A DNA stretch of 46,909 bases. Origin: Calditrichota bacterium (GTDB taxonomy: Bacteria > Zhuqueibacterota > Zhuqueibacteria > JANLFK01 > Oleimicrobiaceae). Each line of letters starts with the position of its first letter. Position 1 is the stretch's first letter. Shown one piece after another: positions 17,170 through 26,074 of the stretch. A model generated the notes under the pieces. The model was not told the DNA's origin. It was given only the letters and a program-made list of their open reading frames with translations, and searched no databases. The translations under genes were made by a program, and so were the position numbers. The DNA is taken from assembly GCA_014359355.1 (NCBI GenBank), contig JACIZP010000257.1, positions 1 through 46,909 on the forward strand, given 5' to 3'.

Positions 17170-18420
17170 TTAGAATGCCGCCTGGACGCGGAACTGAATG
17201 AACCAGTGATCGTCGTCGCCCAGCAGATTGCCCTTGCGCGTGGCGTACTGGTCCAGGTCGACCTTGGAGTAGTTGAACTGGAGCTTGATGTTCCTGTTCG
17301 GGTAGTAGTTGACGCCAAGCATCATCTGTTTGGAAGAGCCCCCATGGATGCCTGCTCCCAGGTCGTTCAGGTCAAGGAAGCTGGCGCGCGCCGCCAGTTC
17401 CAGCGCTCCCCACGAATGCTTCGGCATCTCCACAGGGCCTGGTTCCCCTTCGTCGACGTAGTAGTCGCGCGTCTCGCCGGTGACCATCCAGGTGACGAAG
17501 GCATAGCCGCCCTTCATGTCCACGCGCGGCTTGTTGTACCAGCGCTCCACGGTGGTCCACATCGCCTCAGACTGCAAGAAGAACGGCCCGTAGATGCCGA
17601 GCAGTTCCACGCCGGAGCGCAGGTAGTAGTTCACGTCCCGAATGTCGCCAGTGTGCAGGAGCTTGGGGTCGGACACGTAGGTCTCGTGCCGCGATTTGAT
17701 CTCGATGGTGTTCTCTGGCAGATCGGCCACCGCGTCCGGGATCTTGTAGGCAAAGGCGCCACCGATGTGCAGGTTCCTCCCGCGCTGATTGATGGGCGCC
17801 AAGGTGAGGCGCACGTTGGTGGAGTAGCCCTCGTCGCGCGTCCCTTTGTCGATGCGCGTGCCAGCCTCGTGCCCCATGATCGCACCGGTCAACTGTCCGT
17901 ATTTGGTCCAGTAGCGAGCCGCGGCTCCAATCCTCCTGCCAAGGGGAAACGCGTTGGAGACCGACGAGCGCTCCAAAAAGGTCAGGAGCAGCGAACTGGT
18001 GAGCCTCTCAAGCCCAAAAGGCTCTTTGAAATTCCCCACCTGGAGAGACAGATGAGTGCCTGGCACTCTGTACTTGACCCACATGTCCCGCAGGTCGAGA
18101 ACCGCCTCGGCAAAGTCGACATCCAACTCGGTCTCCCAGTCCTTCCACAGCACGGTTTTCATGGCAAAGGTGAGTCTGCGAAACACGGCGCCGTCGCTCA
18201 TAGGGTTCTTGCTGTCGAAGTAGAAAGCCGCGTCCATTTGCAGCCGTGCGTCGAACCACCAGCGGAAGGAGCCGTCCGCGGTCTGGAACACCATCCTGCC
18301 GTTCCTGGCCTCTGCACCCAGAGGCACCGAGTAGTCGCCTCCGGGAATTCTGGAGGCCTGACCGAAGACGAGCGCGGTGCCGAACAGCAGCATCACGACA
18401 ACGGCGAATCGCTGTTTCAT
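17170..18420 (-). CDS. OprO/OprP-like phosphate-selective porin family protein
   Basis: Start MKQRFAVVVMLLFGTALVFGQ (signal peptide). RWWFDARLQMDAAFY, LQVGNFKEPFGLERLTSS and the terminal aromatic (..RVQAAF) fit the Porin_O_P family. Confidence 0.75.
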   Translation of the reverse strand: MKQRFAVVVMLLFGTALVFGQASRIPGGDYSVPLGAEARNGRMVFQTADGSFRWWFDARLQMDAAFYFDSKNPMSDGAVFRRLTFAMKTVLWKDWETELDVDFAEAVLDLRDMWVKYRVPGTHLSLQVGNFKEPFGLERLTSSLLLTFLERSSVSNAFPLGRRIGAAARYWTKYGQLTGAIMGHEAGTRIDKGTRDEGYSTNVRLTLAPINQRGRNLHIGGAFAYKIPDAVADLPENTIEIKSRHETYVSDPKLLHTGDIRDVNYYLRSGVELLGIYGPFFLQSEAMWTTVERWYNKPRVDMKGGYAFVTWMVTGETRDYYVDEGEPGPVEMPKHSWGALELAARASFLDLNDLGAGIHGGSSKQMMLGVNYYPNRNIKLQFNYSKVDLDQYATRKGNLLGDDDHWFIQFRVQAAF

Positions 18421-18665
18421 GACATAGCCCTCCCAAATTGGTCCAAAAGCCCTGTACTGCTCTCTACGCAAAACTCCCCCTGCGCCACACATTCCAGCCG
18501 CTTGCCACGCAAGGAGGCAGTCCTCTCCGCCGCAAGACCTCCCTGCCCTCTGGGCAGCCAGGCCACAGGCCCAGTGAGGCCTCTTGTGGCCGAACCCCCT
18601 TGCCCATACCTAGCGGAGTGTCGGTTTACCTCGGAGACCGTAGCCACCTCCAGGCCCGGCCCTGC

Positions 18666-19715
18666 CTATCGCACCACCGCTTGTTGGAAGACGTTTTGCA
18701 CGAAAAACAGAGCGACAAAGGTCAACAGGGCGGCCACGACCGGCGTGAGCACCCAGCCGACTACGATCTTGCCCAGGTACCGATAGTTGACCACACGGCT
18801 ACTCTTGAGCAGCCCCAAGCCGGAAATGGCACCGACGATCGCCTGGGAGCTGGACACCGGCACCAGCGGCAGTGACGGCAAGCCTGCACTGGTCAAGAGT
18901 GTCTTCAGTCCCTTGGAAGCAAAAAGCAGAAGTACCAGCGAATGCGCAAGGACCGCGATCATGGCAAGAATGGGCGTCAGCTTCACGATTTCGTTGCCCA
19001 CCGCCGTCATCATGCGAAACGAGTAGCTACAGATGCCTAAGGAAATGGCCAGGCTGCCCAGCAGAAAGAGCTGCTGTCCACCAGTGATGCGCAAGGGCCC
19101 AGCAATGGTGATGTCGGTGAAAGGTGAAGCACGCACAAAGACCCCCACCACATTGGCAATGTTGTTTGCCCCCAAACTGTATGCACCAAAAGCACCCACC
19201 AGGATCAACCCCGCCCTTGTGTAGGCATCAAGGCGCAACAGATGAATGTGCGTCCTATTGAGCACACCCTTGAAAATGAAGTACAACACCACGGCGAAGG
19301 CACCCGCCAAGACGGGCGACACTACCCAAGTCGCGACAATTTTGCTGAGCACTGCAGGATCGGTGCGCGAATGGGTGAACATGTTCCATCCCAGAATGGC
19401 ACCGACGATGGCCTGGGTCGTCGACACGGGCAACGTCGCCTTCGTCATCCAAAAAACGGTCAGGCCGGCGACCAGGGCCAAGGTGAACGAAGCAGCAGGC
19501 GCGCTAACCGCCCCGAGTGCCACCAGCGTCTACGTGGTGCCCGCCCCTCCAACTACCGCCCCGAGGATGACAAAGGTGCTGGAGATGAGGGCGGCCGTCT
19601 TGAAGCGCACCATCCTCGCCCCCACCGCCGTTCCAAAGACGTTGGCAGCGTCGTTGGCGCCAAGCGACCAACCCAAGAACAGCCCACTCAGTAGGTAGAA
19701 CCAGAACATGCGCAC
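18666..19715 (-). pseudogene. PiT-family inorganic phosphate transporter interrupted by one in-frame TAG
   Basis: ORFs 19530..19715 and 18666..19523 are in the same frame, separated only by TAG at 19530..19532. The joined product carries the PHO4/PiT signature GANDAANVFGTAVG and continues ..GGAGTT*TLVALG...PVSTTQAIVGAILGWN. Confidence 0.6.
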
Positions 19716-19719
19716 GCGC

Positions 19720-20364
19720 TCACACGTAGCGTTTGATCGTAGCGATAGACAACCTGTCGCAGACGTCCTCCGCTTCCTCGGCGATTAGCTCGACATGGTA
19801 AGCGAAGTAGCGCAGGTGAATCTTGTGGCTCAGGCGCAGCTGGTGAGCGAACACTTCCCTCTTCAACTTCTCCGCCATCTTGTTGGTCTCTTTGCGGTAA
19901 AACTGCACCTGGTTGATGTTGTCCCGCACCGAGGTCAAGTCAGTGAAGTAGGCGCGAATTGCCCTGACCATCCCTTCCACTGCGGAGATGGAAAAGTCGG
20001 CAAGGTCTCCGAAGAAGGGGGAAAACTCTTCGCAGATATCTGGGCGCTCCACGGAAAACTGGAGCAACGTCTCCGCCATCCGGTTGAGCACCTTGTCGGC
20101 GTTTTCCAGCAAGCCAAGGACATCGCCTCTGGACTCAGGGATCAGCGTGTGCGAATAGAGGCTGGTCTCGATTTCCCGCCGAAGCCTGTCCCCAAGGTCT
20201 TCCATGTCCGACAACTGCTCCAAGTGCGACTCGAAATCTGGCAAGCGGCCTTTCAGGTAAAACTTCACCCCCTCCCTAAAGACCAGTCCCCCCTTGACGA
20301 TGAGGTCCAGGTACTCATCAATCTGTACCTCGAGCCGTTTGCTGCGCCGGAAGAATATGCCCAT
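19720..20364 (-). CDS. DUF47-family (PhoU-like) phosphate-transport accessory protein
   Basis: 214-aa helical protein immediately upstream of PiT, the usual DUF47/PiT pairing. N-terminus MGIFFRRSKRLEVQIDEYLD. Confidence 0.8.
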   Translation of the reverse strand: MGIFFRRSKRLEVQIDEYLDLIVKGGLVFREGVKFYLKGRLPDFESHLEQLSDMEDLGDRLRREIETSLYSHTLIPESRGDVLGLLENADKVLNRMAETLLQFSVERPDICEEFSPFFGDLADFSISAVEGMVRAIRAYFTDLTSVRDNINQVQFYRKETNKMAEKLKREVFAHQLRLSHKIHLRYFAYHVELIAEEAEDVCDRLSIATIKRYV

Positions 20365-20382
20365 ACGCGCTCGCCGTCCAAG

Positions 20383-21978
20383 TTAAAAGATGCCAAAGAC
20401 CCCGTGCGGCGTGATTCCTAAGAGGCGGAACCACGTCTCGCTGGCAAGCAAAGTGATTATCCATGTGACAATAAGCATGGTGAACCCATAACGGAAAGCC
20501 TCGCCGAGACTGTAGTGGTCGGTTTCGTAGAGCAGCAACGCCGGCTTACTATTGAACGGCAGGACGTAGACGTGCTCGATCAGAAACGCCACTGGCAGAG
20601 CCAAGCTGACTATGGGATAGCCAAACCGCGAGGCAGTACCGATGGCAAGCGGCACAAAGATCATGGCGCGCATCGTCTTTGACTGAAAAAGCAGCGCACT
20701 GAATAACATCACACTGGTCAGCAAGACGTACAACAACCAATAGGGAGTGCCTTCGCCGATGCCCACGTGGTCGAAGAAGGCATTGACGAGCAACGAGGGA
20801 AGATCGGTGATGGACAGCCCCGCGCCAAGGGCATAGGCACCCGCGGAGAAGAGCATGAGGTGCCAGGGGATGTCCACGTCGTTCCACTTCACAATGCCGA
20901 TGCCGGGAAGCAGCGCCACGATCCCACCGACAAAGGCCACTGCCGTGGCACTGATGCCGTGCAGACGGTCCGTTGCCCACATGGCCAGGATGGCCATCAG
21001 GATGAGCACCGCCCGGATTTCTCGTGGCGAAACCGGGCCAAGGCTGCGGTACTCCGCCCGCAGCCGCTCCATCCCCCCCTGTATCTGCGGCACCCGCTCT
21101 TGCGGCGACAAGGGGAAGAAGACCTTGGTGGCCAGCACAAATCCGACCAACAGAATCACCAGCGTGACCGGCAGCATGGCTACCAGCCAGTCGGAGAAGA
21201 ATATCTTCTGGCCAGTAGCGCCGCCGATTATGGCCACGGCCAGGAGGTTGGCCGCCGAGCCGGTCATGAACGCCTGGGCACCGACGCAATTCTGAAACAG
21301 GTTCTGAAGCACTATGCTTCGGCCGAAATTGTTGCGCTTCTCCCCTCCCTGAGCTCCATAAATGGCGGCAATGACCATGAAGATGGGCAGCAAAATGGCC
21401 GCCTTGGCAGTGGTGGCCGACACCAGCGCCGAAAGCACAAGATTGATGACGAGGAAGCTGAGGAAAATGTAGCTGGGCTTGCGCCCAAAGCGCAGGATGA
21501 ACCACAAGGCAAACCGCTTGGCAACGCCGGTGGACACCAGCATGCTCGCCAAGACAAACGACATGATGTTCAGCCACATCACCTCGTGGCCCAGTTGCGC
21601 ATAGGCTTCCTTCTCGGGGAGAACCTTGGTCAGCACCAGCGTGACAATCAGGATCAGGGAGGTCAAGTAGTTGGGGATAGCATCTGTGGCCCACAAGATT
21701 ATGCCTGCCAAGAAGATACCCAGCATCAGGTGGTTGCTGCGCGCAAATGCTTCCGGCCCCAGGTTGCGGTAAGCGCTCTTGGCGGCATTGGATACCAGCT
21801 GCGCCCCGTCGATGTGCTGCAGGAAGGGAAGCTTGACTAAGTAACCGATGGAGATGAATGCCCCCAGGGCGAGGAAAGGACCGATCAGAGCCAGCCATCG
21901 CTCCAAAGAGGTCTTTTCCCTTTTCGGCAACCGATCGATGCGGTAGTTGCGCATGTCAAGGGGGTCGAAAGCGGCCAT
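20383..21978 (-). CDS. SLC13/DASS-family anion permease
   Basis: 531 aa, more than 12 hydrophobic segments, with the overall composition of ArsB/NhaD-superfamily SLC13 permeases. Confidence 0.75.
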   Translation of the reverse strand: MAAFDPLDMRNYRIDRLPKREKTSLERWLALIGPFLALGAFISIGYLVKLPFLQHIDGAQLVSNAAKSAYRNLGPEAFARSNHLMLGIFLAGIILWATDAIPNYLTSLILIVTLVLTKVLPEKEAYAQLGHEVMWLNIMSFVLASMLVSTGVAKRFALWFILRFGRKPSYIFLSFLVINLVLSALVSATTAKAAILLPIFMVIAAIYGAQGGEKRNNFGRSIVLQNLFQNCVGAQAFMTGSAANLLAVAIIGGATGQKIFFSDWLVAMLPVTLVILLVGFVLATKVFFPLSPQERVPQIQGGMERLRAEYRSLGPVSPREIRAVLILMAILAMWATDRLHGISATAVAFVGGIVALLPGIGIVKWNDVDIPWHLMLFSAGAYALGAGLSITDLPSLLVNAFFDHVGIGEGTPYWLLYVLLTSVMLFSALLFQSKTMRAMIFVPLAIGTASRFGYPIVSLALPVAFLIEHVYVLPFNSKPALLLYETDHYSLGEAFRYGFTMLIVTWIITLLASETWFRLLGITPHGVFGIF

Positions 21979-21981
21979 CGC

Positions 21982-22449
21982 TCACCAGTTCTTGTATGGG
22001 TTCTTCATGAGCATCGCGTTGTAGTAGCGGACGTCCCCAGTCACCTCGTCCCCCAACCACTCAGGCTTCTCGAATTCCTCCTCTTCAGAGTCCAGCTCCA
22101 CTTCGGCGAGAATCAGGCCCTCGTTGTCGCCATAGAATTCGTCGACTTCAAACTTTTTCCCCCCAACCTTCACCTCGTACCGGCACTTGTCAATGACCCC
22201 AGGTTCGCAGATCTTCAGGAGGTCCTCGGCAACGTCGACGGGTATCTCTTGCTCCCATTCGAAGCGGCTGGCCCCAGAGGCGCCGCCGATGCCCTTGATG
22301 GTCAGGTACCCTTTGTCGCCTTTGATGCGCACGCGCACCGTCCTCTCTGGCACCGAAGAGAGGTACCCCTGCACGATGCGGGTCTTTTTCTCCGCAAGGT
22401 GCTTGAAGGGACCTTTCACCAAGAACTTGCGCTCAATCTCTCGGCCCAT
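21982..22449 (-). CDS. CYTH-domain protein (triphosphate tunnel metalloenzyme)
   Basis: N-terminal EIERKFLV (ExExK) motif, with later RVRIKG, LTIKG, RFEWE and LAEVEL strands. 155 aa. Confidence 0.85.
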   Translation of the reverse strand: MGREIERKFLVKGPFKHLAEKKTRIVQGYLSSVPERTVRVRIKGDKGYLTIKGIGGASGASRFEWEQEIPVDVAEDLLKICEPGVIDKCRYEVKVGGKKFEVDEFYGDNEGLILAEVELDSEEEEFEKPEWLGDEVTGDVRYYNAMLMKNPYKNW

Positions 22450-22479
22450 GTTTCGACCCTTTCTCTTTGCCGCCCGACC

Positions 22480-23106
22480 TCAAAAGCGAACGCGGTACAC
22501 GGAGGATTCGGGCAGCGGCGCCATGCCTATGATGCGTTTAATCGCCAACAGGTAGTTGACGTTCTCGTAGCCGGTCAGACCGACCATCTCTTTCGCCTGC
22601 AGAATGGCCTCCACATGCTCGGACTCTATGCTGGCAGTCATTATCTTCGCCCCGTTGACGTATACCTCGGCCAGCTCAGCGATACAGCCGTTGATCGTAA
22701 AGCCAAACCGCCGCTTGAAGACGTGCACCGCGACGAGCGAAGGATGCGGGAGAATCAGCTCTTGAAGGAATTGGCGCAGGGTGTAGGTCTCCCGATTAAA
22801 CTGGGGGCTGGCCACCCCAAACGCGGGGAATACCTGCTCGCCAATGATCTGCGCAGACATGGGGAACTGCCCTTTCATGCGGGGGTTCCACTGCTCCAAG
22901 CCCAGCTTCTTCTGCACAAGGACCTTAATGTCCATCAACTCATCACGGATCTTGGTGTTGTTCTCATTGTTCTCTGCAGAGACGATGTAGATTTCAAGGC
23001 TCTCGCGAATCTGCTCCACCGGGCTCAGCGTGCGCATTCTTTCTTCCACAAGTCCAAAGTTCTGCGCGAAAGCACGAAACTCAAATCGCGGTCTTACCTC
23101 TGCCAT
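22480..23106 (-). CDS. hypothetical protein, possibly a divergent CYTH-like fold
   Basis: Strong RBS (GGAGGAG). N-terminal RFEFRAF in place of ExExK. C-terminal VFKRRFGFTINGCIAELAEVYVNG..TASIESE resembles the CYTH pattern VxKxRxxxxxxGxxIxLDxV...EIE. Confidence 0.55.
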   Translation of the reverse strand: MAEVRPRFEFRAFAQNFGLVEERMRTLSPVEQIRESLEIYIVSAENNENNTKIRDELMDIKVLVQKKLGLEQWNPRMKGQFPMSAQIIGEQVFPAFGVASPQFNRETYTLRQFLQELILPHPSLVAVHVFKRRFGFTINGCIAELAEVYVNGAKIMTASIESEHVEAILQAKEMVGLTGYENVNYLLAIKRIIGMAPLPESSVYRVRF

Positions 23107-23357
23107 TCCTTCTCCTCCACCTCAGTTTGCTGGATTGCGATTCTCTCTGTCATGGCCGACGGCACGGCTTGGACCTGCTGCTGAAGCCTTAGCGCGGGGG
23201 GCCCTCACTTCGACTCGCGCAGGTGGGAGGCAACCGCCTCGCACTGCGACCGCTCGCTGGGGGAACACGTGCTCCATGAACCACTGCATTGTGCCCGATC
23301 CGATCCTGGCACCTCAGGTTGTCGTGGGCTGGTAAACTCGTGGCCAATTGTATGTTC

Positions 23358-23373
23358 GGCAAGAGCTGTGCCA
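23358..23373 (-). promoter_or_regulatory. sigma-54 (RpoN) -24/-12 promoter element
   Basis: The minus strand reads TGGCAC-AGCTC-TTGCC, an exact TGGCAC-N5-TTGC match. It points toward the 22480..23106 gene string, about 240 nt upstream of its ATG. Confidence 0.55.
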
Positions 23374-23441
23374 GGGAGGGCCGACGCGAAATCAAGAGGT
23401 TAAGGCAGGCGAGAACAACGGCCGGTCGTCGGCTGTTGAGG

Positions 23442-23464
23442 TTTCGGCAGAAAGTCTGCCGAAA
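23442..23464. promoter_or_regulatory. perfect 10-bp inverted repeat, candidate enhancer/operator site
   Basis: TTTCGGCAGA-AAG-TCTGCCGAAA, centred about 80 bp upstream of the sigma-54 -24 element and ending about 15 bp upstream of the candidate plus-strand -35. Confidence 0.4.
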
Positions 23465-23478
23465 TTTCGACAAAGCTC

Positions 23479-23507
23479 TTGCATTTGCCGAGTGAAAACT
23501 GTACATT
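23479..23507 (+). promoter_or_regulatory. candidate sigma-70-type promoter (TTGCAT-17-TACATT) for the PhnD-like/kinase/regulator operon
   Basis: TTGCAT at 23479..23484, a 17-nt spacer, then TACATT at 23502..23507. Confidence 0.35.
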
Positions 23508-23706
23508 TCATCCCAAAGGCAGTGCTCCGCCACCGGTCATAGAGGGTGCGAGCCTTTCAGAGGCGCCGATTGCTGTGCAAAGCAGCGTCATGTGACAATC
23601 CAGGCAGCAAGGCGGCCGGTGGCGCTCTACAAGAAGCGTGGCATCGTTTCCCTGCACGCACGGCACCTTCGTCTGCCATGACCACATCCGCAGCTTGGGG
23701 ACTCCG

Positions 23707-24627
23707 ATGAAGCGCAGGTTTGCGTATCTGTTCGCGAGCATCTTTCTCCTGGGGGTCATATCTCTCGGCCTCTATGTGGTTGTCATGGACATCCGGACGC
23801 CGTCGGCCTGGCAACACGCCGCGGCACCGGGGGAGGGCATCACCAAACGGGACACCATCCGCGTCGGTGTAGTCTCGCGTTTTGCGCCCAACCTCATCTA
23901 TCAGGGTTACCAGCCCATCGTGGACTATCTCAACGAGGTGACCCCCTACCATTTCGTCTTGAAACTGGGTGGCTCCTATGAGGAGACCATTCAGCAATTG
24001 GTGCGGCGCGAGGTACAGCTGGCGTTTGTCGGCACCTTTGTCTACCTCAAGGCCAGGCACAAGTACCCTATTCGGTGCCTCCTCAGTCCTCTGAATAGGC
24101 GCTACGAGCCTTATTTGCGCTCCGTGCTCGTCACCCGTGCCGACAGCCCCATCCGCAGTGTTGCCGATTTGGTCGGCAAGAGTCTGGCCTTGCCTTCGCC
24201 CATGTCTTTCTCCGCCAATTGGCTGCTGCGCGCGGAACTGCCCAAATACGGCTTGCACGCAGCTGACCTTGCTGCCGTACGCCACTTTGACTTCCACCAC
24301 ACGGTAATCTACGAGATTCTCAGTGGCAGGATCGACGCAGGGGTAGTGAAAGATCGCGTTGCGGAGGAGTTTTTCGACAAGGGCATCCGGGTGGTCGCCT
24401 CCTCGCCGCCAATACCAGGCTCGCCGCTCGTGGTGAGAAGCGATCTCGATTCTACCCTGGTCCTGGCCATCGAGGAGGCCCTCCTCAGGGTGGACACCCG
24501 CAAGCCGGAGTTTGAGCAGTTGGTGCGAGATTGGGACCCTGAGTTCACCCATGGCTTCACCAGAGTTCAAGACAGCGATTACGACGAAGCCGAGGGTGCG
24601 GTTTTCTCCGGCGAGGACGAGCTATGA
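23707..24627 (+). CDS. membrane-anchored PhnD-like periplasmic binding-domain protein
   Basis: Start MKRRFAYLFASIFLLGVISLGLYVV (TM anchor). IRVGVVSRFAPN...YQPIVDYLN...VQLAFVGTF.Y...VLVTRADSPIRSVADLVGKSLALPS fits the phosphonate-binding (PhnD) type-2 PBP fold. The stop overlaps the kinase start. Confidence 0.75.
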   Translation: MKRRFAYLFASIFLLGVISLGLYVVVMDIRTPSAWQHAAAPGEGITKRDTIRVGVVSRFAPNLIYQGYQPIVDYLNEVTPYHFVLKLGGSYEETIQQLVRREVQLAFVGTFVYLKARHKYPIRCLLSPLNRRYEPYLRSVLVTRADSPIRSVADLVGKSLALPSPMSFSANWLLRAELPKYGLHAADLAAVRHFDFHHTVIYEILSGRIDAGVVKDRVAEEFFDKGIRVVASSPPIPGSPLVVRSDLDSTLVLAIEEALLRVDTRKPEFEQLVRDWDPEFTHGFTRVQDSDYDEAEGAVFSGEDEL

Positions 24628-26072
24628 GGCCCAGAAAGAGCCTCAAGAAGCGCATCCTCCTCTTCCTCGGCGGACTGACGACAGTCCTGATGACGGCCGT
24701 GTTTGTCAGCGTTCTGCTGCGCTGGAAGAGCCTCATCCTAGACACCCACCGGCAGCGAGCCCTGGCCGTGGCGCACACCTTCTCGGCCTCCCTGCTGGAT
24801 GCCCTCATCTACCAGGAAAGCCGGCCGATCCGCGATGAGGAGTTCTTGGCGAATCATATCCACAGATTCCTGTCCATGAATCCTGACATCAAGAGCCTCA
24901 TCCTCTACGACCAGCGAGGGACGCCCATCTTCCGCAGCAGACTGGGGAGCGGCGCCCTGTCTGAGCAAACGCTGCGCCAGCTATCGACGGTTAAAGAGCC
25001 GCTGGTGCACATCTACCGTTCCGAGGACCTTGGCTGGGTTCTTGAGACCACCCTCTTACTCCGCATCCACAACCGGCAATGGGGATGGATGAGGATGGCG
25101 TTTGACGCCGAGCCGGTCCGGCAACAGCTCAAGTTCCTCTTCTTCCTCCTGTATGGCCTGGGTGCAGGTTTCACTCTCGTGCTCCTGGCTGCCACCTTTC
25201 TGATCGTCGACCGCCTCACGCAATCGCTGCGTCACCTCGTGAGCGAAATGCAACGACTCGACCTGGAGCACATCGAGCCCACCCGTCTACGCCCAGGCGA
25301 TGACGAGGTGGGGCTGCTGGTGGAAACTTTCGAGATGTTGAAGAGCCGGCTGGTCCAGTCCCGGAAGCAGCTTCTGGAAGCCGAAAGGCAGGTCTATCAG
25401 GCCGAAAAGCTCGCCTCCATAGGCCGTCTGGCCGCAGGGGTGGCACACGAAATCAACAACCCTCTGCACGGTCTGAAGAGCTGTTTGTTTGCCATGCAGC
25501 GGGAGCCAGATAACCCGGTTGAGGTCACGAAATACCTCTCTCTTGCCGATGAGGCCGTCGACCGCATCTCCAGTGTGGTGGAAAAGCTACTGAACTTTTC
25601 GCGACAGGGGGCGCAGCAACGAACCGAAATGAACCTGAATGACGTCATCGAGAAGGTGCTTGCCCTAATCTCCTACCGCCTTGACAAAGGGGGTATCTCG
25701 GTGGTCAAGGAACTTGATCCCTCCTTGCCGAGCATCCACGCCGACCCGCAGCTCATCGGCCAGGTGGTCATGAATATGCTCATCAACAGCTACGACAGCA
25801 TCCAGGATGGCGGCGAGATCCGCATCAGCACGCGGCGAGTTGATGGGCAGAAGGTCTGTATGGCCATCGCCGACACCGGTTGTGGCATCGCGGAGGAACA
25901 TCTCGACAAGATATTCGACCCCTTCTTCACCACCAAGGAGGAAGGCCGGGGAACTGGCCTGGGGTTGTCGGTCAGCTTGGGAATCGTGGAGGCCCACGGC
26001 GGCACCATCACCGTGCACAGCAAAGTCGGGGTGGGCACCACGTTTCAGGTGACGCTTCCCATTGGAGGTTGA
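24624..26072 (+). CDS. transmembrane sensor histidine kinase
   Basis: Two TM segments flank a sensor domain of about 130 aa. H-box AAGVAHEINNPLHGL. ATPase boxes MNMLINSYDS, DTGCGI, GTGLGLSVS. Confidence 0.85.
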   Translation: MRPRKSLKKRILLFLGGLTTVLMTAVFVSVLLRWKSLILDTHRQRALAVAHTFSASLLDALIYQESRPIRDEEFLANHIHRFLSMNPDIKSLILYDQRGTPIFRSRLGSGALSEQTLRQLSTVKEPLVHIYRSEDLGWVLETTLLLRIHNRQWGWMRMAFDAEPVRQQLKFLFFLLYGLGAGFTLVLLAATFLIVDRLTQSLRHLVSEMQRLDLEHIEPTRLRPGDDEVGLLVETFEMLKSRLVQSRKQLLEAERQVYQAEKLASIGRLAAGVAHEINNPLHGLKSCLFAMQREPDNPVEVTKYLSLADEAVDRISSVVEKLLNFSRQGAQQRTEMNLNDVIEKVLALISYRLDKGGISVVKELDPSLPSIHADPQLIGQVVMNMLINSYDSIQDGGEIRISTRRVDGQKVCMAIADTGCGIAEEHLDKIFDPFFTTKEEGRGTGLGLSVSLGIVEAHGGTITVHSKVGVGTTFQVTLPIGG

Positions 26073-26074
26073 GC

